Assembly (NCBI GenBank): GCA_965215265.1 | Contig: OZ244048.1 | Span: 1,824,001 to 1,888,000 of the forward strand | Length of the DNA stretch: 64,000 bases | Source: Candidatus Poribacteria bacterium | GTDB lineage: Bacteria > Poribacteria > WGA-4E > WGA-3G | Direction of reading: 5' to 3' | Shown: one piece after another, positions 58,725 to 64,000 of the stretch | How the letters are laid out: every line of letters starts with the position of its first letter | How positions within the stretch are numbered: position 1 is the stretch's first letter | Made by a program: the position numbers and the translations under genes | Notes under the pieces: model-generated | Seen by the model: the letters and a program-made list of their open reading frames with translations, nothing else | What the model was told of the DNA's origin: nothing | Database searches by the model: none

Positions 58725-58787
58725 TTTTATCTTCAGAAAAAAGTTTAGGATCGGCAAAATTGATCGCGGTTAGGCACATCCTGTTTT

Positions 58788-61700
58788 TTAAGTTTTTGCC
58801 TTTGCAAGGCGGGTTTCGACGAGCCGGTCCACTGCTTCGTAGACTCCGTCGCGTTCACCTTGGGTTAGTTGTAAGATGTCAAATATGAGATTGTCAAGGG
58901 CGAGACGTGCTGGGGAAGGTTGTAAAACATCCCAATTTTCTGATTCGAGGAGGGTTAAATTAAGATTTACCCCCCCCCATCAATGTTAAGTAAATTGGGA
59001 TTAACACATAGTAAATCCACCAAATCAGAAGTTTGAAGTTCTAAAACCCCATATCCGAGGCTGGAGCGGCCGCTCACGTTCACCATTAACTGAAACAGAG
59101 ACGAATTTAGCGAGAAACAGAGAGGCACTCTCAACTCAGCAGGAGCATTAACTTCTACAAATTTATCTAAGGCGTAACACCCTTCAGTGGAGTATAGGGT
59201 TCGCGCTGAGGAAGGAATCCGGCGCGGAAAAAAGAGATAGGGGAGCGGACGTTTTCCTACATCATACCACCTTGACCTGTTTCGGCAACTGGGCCTCTTA
59301 TGAAAGTTTTGCGATTCACCCCATTTGATATACTCTAGCGCAGATGTTCCGCTCAAAACGCTTTTTTCTTTCAGACACATAAATAATTGTTTCGGGAGTT
59401 GTTCCGGATTAACCCTAAGACTGTTCACGTTTTTCGGACTGGCGATAAAAGGCCGTAAAAATTCTGCTTCAATATTCCACGCTGAAATTGTTTCGGAGTC
59501 GAGAATGAAAAACCTGTTTGCACCAGTTTTTAATCCCATACGAACCTCAGCGATATCTCCTACCCGCACCAGTTTATCCTTTCCTTTTTCCAAGAGGGAC
59601 CAGTAGATGTCGGGGGCGCGGAGGTATTTTCCGCCCCATTTGTTGCCTGCATATTTCCCCTTTTCATCCATTCCGTTGTCTAAAAGTGTTCTCTGCGAAA
59701 CGGGGTGAATGCGGTGTTCCGGTGTGCTTGTGCGTTCGGTTGCGGTTTCAATTTCGTAGAAAACCACCGGATCCAGAATTGCCTCAAACGGTTCGGTGAA
59801 GTTAACGAACCGCGCCGTTTTTTGCAAGCCGGACCCTGGGTTTTTATCGGGCGCGGAAATCAGACAGATAACAGTGTTAATATTTACGCCTTTGAAGGAG
59901 CGACGTGCTTGGTTGTCTAAAACCATCTTACAGTGGCACTGCTTGAGCAAAAACTCCTTCAAATTTTTGCCAAAGTAGGCATCTAGCCATGAGTTGGAGG
60001 TGATGGTACAGAAGGTGCCCTTTAAGTTGAGCAGAGAGAGCCCATGAAAGTAGAAGTAGACGTAGAGATCGCTTTTCGCATCTAGCATCTGTTTGACAGC
60101 AGATGCAGGATTTTCTTTCATATCTTTTTCGGGTTGGTACCCAAAAAAATTAGGAAATGCTTGATAGACCGAACGCGCCAACTTTGCCTTATACGTTTTT
60201 TTGTTAGCGGCTCTCACTTCTGCGCTTGGCAGTGTTGGGTCGGCAATCTGTTCTTGACGGATGTACGGTGGATTTTCAACGACGATATCAAAACCGCCGC
60301 GTTGATTGAAGATTTCCACAAAGGCGATGTCCCAGACGAAAGGCGGCGTTGTGTTTGATGAGAGGGCCTCATGAACGCGGCGTACTTGCACGAGGTTTTC
60401 TTCGAGTTTCGCGAGTTCGTCCCGCTTCTCAAGCGTCTCAAAGTCTAATTGGTATTCAGCGATTTGCATCCCAGGGAGTGATATCTGTTCGCTGGGATCT
60501 TCTAGCCACGCTTTTCCAGCCCTGATATCTTTGGAAAGGCGGATGTCATAGCTCTGGAGGAGTTCTCGGAAGAGTCTATGTTCTGCATCTTGGAGCTCGT
60601 ATTTTTCGGTGTATTTCCTATCTTCCTTGCCGTTGTAAAACTTGAGTTTCTCTGTCTGGAGGTTGGTAATTTTGCGCTTGATGTCCCTCGGTACACCGCT
60701 ACCGAGTGCACGCGTCTGCGCGAGGTTCATCCCACCGATGTCCTGTACAATGCTATCGCCGTCTCGGATATTGAAGGAGAAATCAGGGAGTAGCGGTTCA
60801 TTTCTGACGTTCAATTCTCCAGGCGTGTATTCCGCATCGATAATTAGCGCGAGCCAGAGTCGAAGTTCTGTGACTTTGCATGCCCACTGTTTTACATCAA
60901 CGCCGTATAAATTTTTGCCGATGATCGCTTTTTTCCGTTCAAAGGGAGCGGTAGGTGTGGAACCGAGGTGACGTTCGGCTCGCATGTGCAGTTCATGAAG
61001 AATGTGAAGCATTCCGACAAGGAAGGAGCCGCTGCCACAGGCCGGGTCGAGGATCGTGATTGCGTTGAGGTGTTGCGATATTGCTTCCCACTGATCGGCG
61101 AGATGGGCATCGGCAAGCTCTTTGTCGGTTTCGTCAAGGCTGAAGAGTGCTTCGTATAAGGCGTGTTTGTGCTCGTCGCCTATATGATTCATCAGATTGT
61201 CAACGAGTGCAAGCCTGCACATCAGATCTATTTCGATACGAGGCGTGTAGAAGATACCTGCATCGCCGCGTTCATTGGTTTCGTCAGAAACGCTGACGAG
61301 GCTTTCGTAGACTTTGCCTATCATCTCTGGGTCAACAGCTACCTCTTGGTCCAGCGGTGTATCTTCAGCGATGGTGAAGTTGTATCTCTCAAAGAAAGTG
61401 AATATCTGCTGCCATAGTTCGTCGGAAATTTTGACAGTATAGGCGGTATCGAGTTCATTTTCTCGGAACAAGCCACCGTTGAGATAAGGTGCGAGTTGCA
61501 ATGTTTCGCGGATGCTTTCAGGGAAATATCGGTATCCGCCGTGAAACAGGTTGTTGAAAGCTTTGAAGAAGAGGATGTTTAGCCATTTTTCTACGAAGGT
61601 GTCTGCGGCTTGTGCTGTATTTTTATATTCTTCCCAGCAGGTTCGGAGGAATTCGGTATCGTCGCGGAGCCATCGCTTTCGCTGGATAAAATAGAGAAAG

Positions 61701-62392
61701 AGGCATCGGCTGAGGAATTGTTGTGCGTAATCGTGTGCCCATTTTGGGTTGTCTGTTTGGTTTTTCAATTCTGTTTGGAGTGTTTTGAAAACGCCCTTAT
61801 ATTCTTGAAAGAAAGCCTCAGTGACTGCTTCAACGTCAAAGGCATCGTCATGTAATTTGGCAATTTCAATCGGTGTGACAGTGTCATCAGCTGTGAATAG
61901 GTTTTCCGCATGGCTGTCGTGCAACATCTCGATATCGAGCATTGCAATGCGTTCCGCAGCGGTTCGGAGCCTTTCATGAGATGCGATGGTGATACGCCGG
62001 AAGAGGTATTTTGGCTTTAGTTCTTTACGTTTAGCAGAGACGGCCTTTACGTTGACGAAGTGCCAATGGTCTTGCGCCGGATTGCTAAAGATGTAGAGTG
62101 CGTGGGGGAAACGGGTCTGGCAGTGGGCGATAAACCTGCGTTCGTCTGTTTTTTGAGGTTTATCCGTGCGAAGTTGCGTGTATATAATATTAAAACCGTT
62201 ATTAATACCAGCCGCCGCAAAACAGCTCGGGGGTTCTTTAATCCGTTCGTTAATAGCTTCAGGCAGTTCGTGAATGGGGCTATCAATCTGATTGTAGTTG
62301 AGCTCTACCCAGAGAAGTTGTCTGAGCTTGTCAATGCCGCGAAACTTTTGTAAAAGTTGAAGGATGCGTTGTACCTTTTCCGGTGTTGGCAT
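58788..62392 (-). CDS. Eco57I-like (Type IIG-like) adenine DNA methyltransferase; stops at 58967 because of a G9 tract, with the plausible tail continuing in another frame to 58788
   Basis: GIFYTP, DPACGSGSF, ENPPY. G7 or G10 at 58970-58978 would add VNLNLTLL...LALDNLIFDILQLTQGERDGVYEAV..LVETRLAKAKT. Confidence 0.88.
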
Positions 62393-62432
62393 TTTTAGGG
62401 TTCTCTATTCGTTAAGGCCCGCGGACGTGGCT

Positions 62433-63125
62433 TTATAGATTCGTTTCCGCGCTTTCGACTTGTGACATCAGTTGTTCAAGTTTCTGTTTATCTTTGACCC
62501 CTTTCGTGGCTTCCACGCCTGAGCAGAGGTCGATGCCGTAGGGCCGGAGCGTCTCAATCGCTGCTTTGACGTTCTCCGGACGGATGCCACCTGCGAAGAA
62601 CACCGGGAGTGGGCTCCTCTCGATGAGCTCTGCCGCAACGTTCCAATCGCAGGTTTTGCCGGTACCGCCGTATCGCGGTTTTTTGAGGCTCACGTCGACG
62701 CTGTCAAATAGAAAGAAATCGGTGCCAGCATCGTGATACGCTCTCATATCTGTCTGAACTGCTGGCATATCTACGTTTTGTGGACTACCAGCGGGCAGAT
62801 AGATCGATTTCCAGAGTTGACAGCAGACGGTCCGTTTTAGAGTTTCCACTTGTTCCGGCGGTTCGTGTCCGAGGAGCTGAACCGCGAAAGGTTGTATCTG
62901 GGCAACTGCTGCTTGAATGTCTGCCGTGCTACGATTAAATAAGAGCAGGACGGTTGGAATGGGACTCGCCGCTGCGATTTCCACGGCTTGGACAGGGCTG
63001 CGTGAACGTTCTGAGACGGCAACATCAACGAGTACGCCAGAGTAATCTGCACCGGCTTCGGCGGCGAGATGAGCATCATGGATGGTAGTGGTGCCGCAAA
63101 TTTTGACTTTGCATCGGGTGTCCAT
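62433..63125 (-). CDS. trpF: Phosphoribosylanthranilate isomerase
   Basis: VKICG, VQLLGHE, GGTGKTCDW, AGGI.PENV, DLCSGVE. Confidence 0.93.
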   Translation of the reverse strand: MDTRCKVKICGTTTIHDAHLAAEAGADYSGVLVDVAVSERSRSPVQAVEIAAASPIPTVLLLFNRSTADIQAAVAQIQPFAVQLLGHEPPEQVETLKRTVCCQLWKSIYLPAGSPQNVDMPAVQTDMRAYHDAGTDFFLFDSVDVSLKKPRYGGTGKTCDWNVAAELIERSPLPVFFAGGIRPENVKAAIETLRPYGIDLCSGVEATKGVKDKQKLEQLMSQVESAETNL

Positions 63126-63137
63126 AGTACAAAACCC

Positions 63138-63497
63138 CTATTCACAGAAGACTGTCTGCCTGTCAGCATCCGAATAGCAGATAATCATGGTAACAGGTTG
63201 CCACCCGGTGTTGACGGCATTGTGTTTAACGTTGCGCGGGATACGCAGCATCATGCCGGGTTTCAACGGGATCACTTCCTCTCCCAACTTATGGTCGCAT
63301 TCACCGGAGAGGACATAGATGAGCTCTTCACAGTTCGGATGATAGTGCGTCGGATTGCGTTCGCCTGCATTAATGTACACAACCCCGAAGGTCATCTCTG
63401 CTTCCGCATCAATCTGGTCGTTGCAGAGCCATTTTATGGCACCCCATGAAAATTCAAGTGCACCGGCATCGTTGCTATTCGTTAGCGTTATTTCCAT
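63138..63497 (-). CDS. Cupin domain protein
   Basis: HYHPNCEE...PRNVKH. AAGGA RBS before ATG at 63497. Confidence 0.88.
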   Translation of the reverse strand: MEITLTNSNDAGALEFSWGAIKWLCNDQIDAEAEMTFGVVYINAGERNPTHYHPNCEELIYVLSGECDHKLGEEVIPLKPGMMLRIPRNVKHNAVNTGWQPVTMIICYSDADRQTVFCE

Positions 63498-63681
63498 GTT
63501 ATCTGGTTCCTTTAATCCTTTGAATTTATAAAGGTGTTGAATTGTAGCGTTCCTACCTACGGTAAAAAAATCTTCATTAATAAGGATACCATATCTGCAA
63601 AAAAATGTCACGTGGATAATTTGTCTGAATTAGAATTTTCAGAAGACATTAGACATTGATGGCGATGGGCGGGGTAAACGT

Positions 63682-63999
63682 TTATAAATCGTGCCTGCAA
63701 GGGGCATCGGCGATTGAGAAACAGGTTAATCGGTGTTCCGCGTAATCCTTCAATCCAGTGGGCGGTTCCTCGTGCAGGTAGCCGATCGGGGCACAGATCG
63801 CTCTAACATTGCCAACGTAACAGTTGAGCGGCTGATGTGTGTGCCCGAAAAGAACATGTGTGACGAGGGGTTCGCTCAGGCAGCATTCACCGAGACGTTT
63901 ACTCCCCATGAAAGCCCGAAAGAAATCCCACGGTAATTCACCGTGGTATTGAATGCACGTCCGAAAAGGGACATGGTGTGTGACGACAATGATCTGTGA
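63682..63999 (-). CDS. Metallophosphoesterase, C-terminal part (5' end outside window)
   Basis: Frame is open to the window edge: VVTHHVPF...FMGS..LFGHTH. Confidence 0.85.
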   Translation of the reverse strand, partial: SQIIVVTHHVPFRTCIQYHGELPWDFFRAFMGSKRLGECCLSEPLVTHVLFGHTHQPLNCYVGNVRAICAPIGYLHEEPPTGLKDYAEHRLTCFSIADAPCRHDL

Positions 64000-64000
64000 A

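Overview
64-kb bacterial chromosome segment, most likely Candidatus Poribacteria. This is an inference from the C-terminal 'VEPQNKLAITWGTLK' motif on a secreted protein, a UBact-type tag and the diderm lptFG genes. The left half (mostly + strand) holds a complete UBact/Pup-like proteasome operon (arc-dop-ubact-prcB-prcA-pafA), an orphan N4/N6 DNA methyltransferase, a frameshifted tricorn protease, ackA, purH and assorted enzymes. The right half (mostly - strand) holds lptFG, lacD, purD, a sigma54-type barrel-amt-amt operon, and a PLD-SNF2 helicase plus Eco57I-like methyltransferase pair, the latter broken at a G9 tract. The most unusual signals are non-coding. (1) A modular repeat family of ~60-bp arms ending in AAATCTCG around an inverted-repeat core fills most intergenic gaps from 1 to 32.3 kb, enters one protein in frame, and supplies start or stop codons to others. 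(2) A separate 60-65-bp hairpin element inserts precisely at C|TG, often inside family 1. (3) Several ORF-less, heavily base-paired regions of 170-650 nt, some with promoter-like motifs, look like large structured ncRNAs; the best is 6396-6890. All RNA pairings and repeat alignments were read by eye. No folding, alignment or database search was run.
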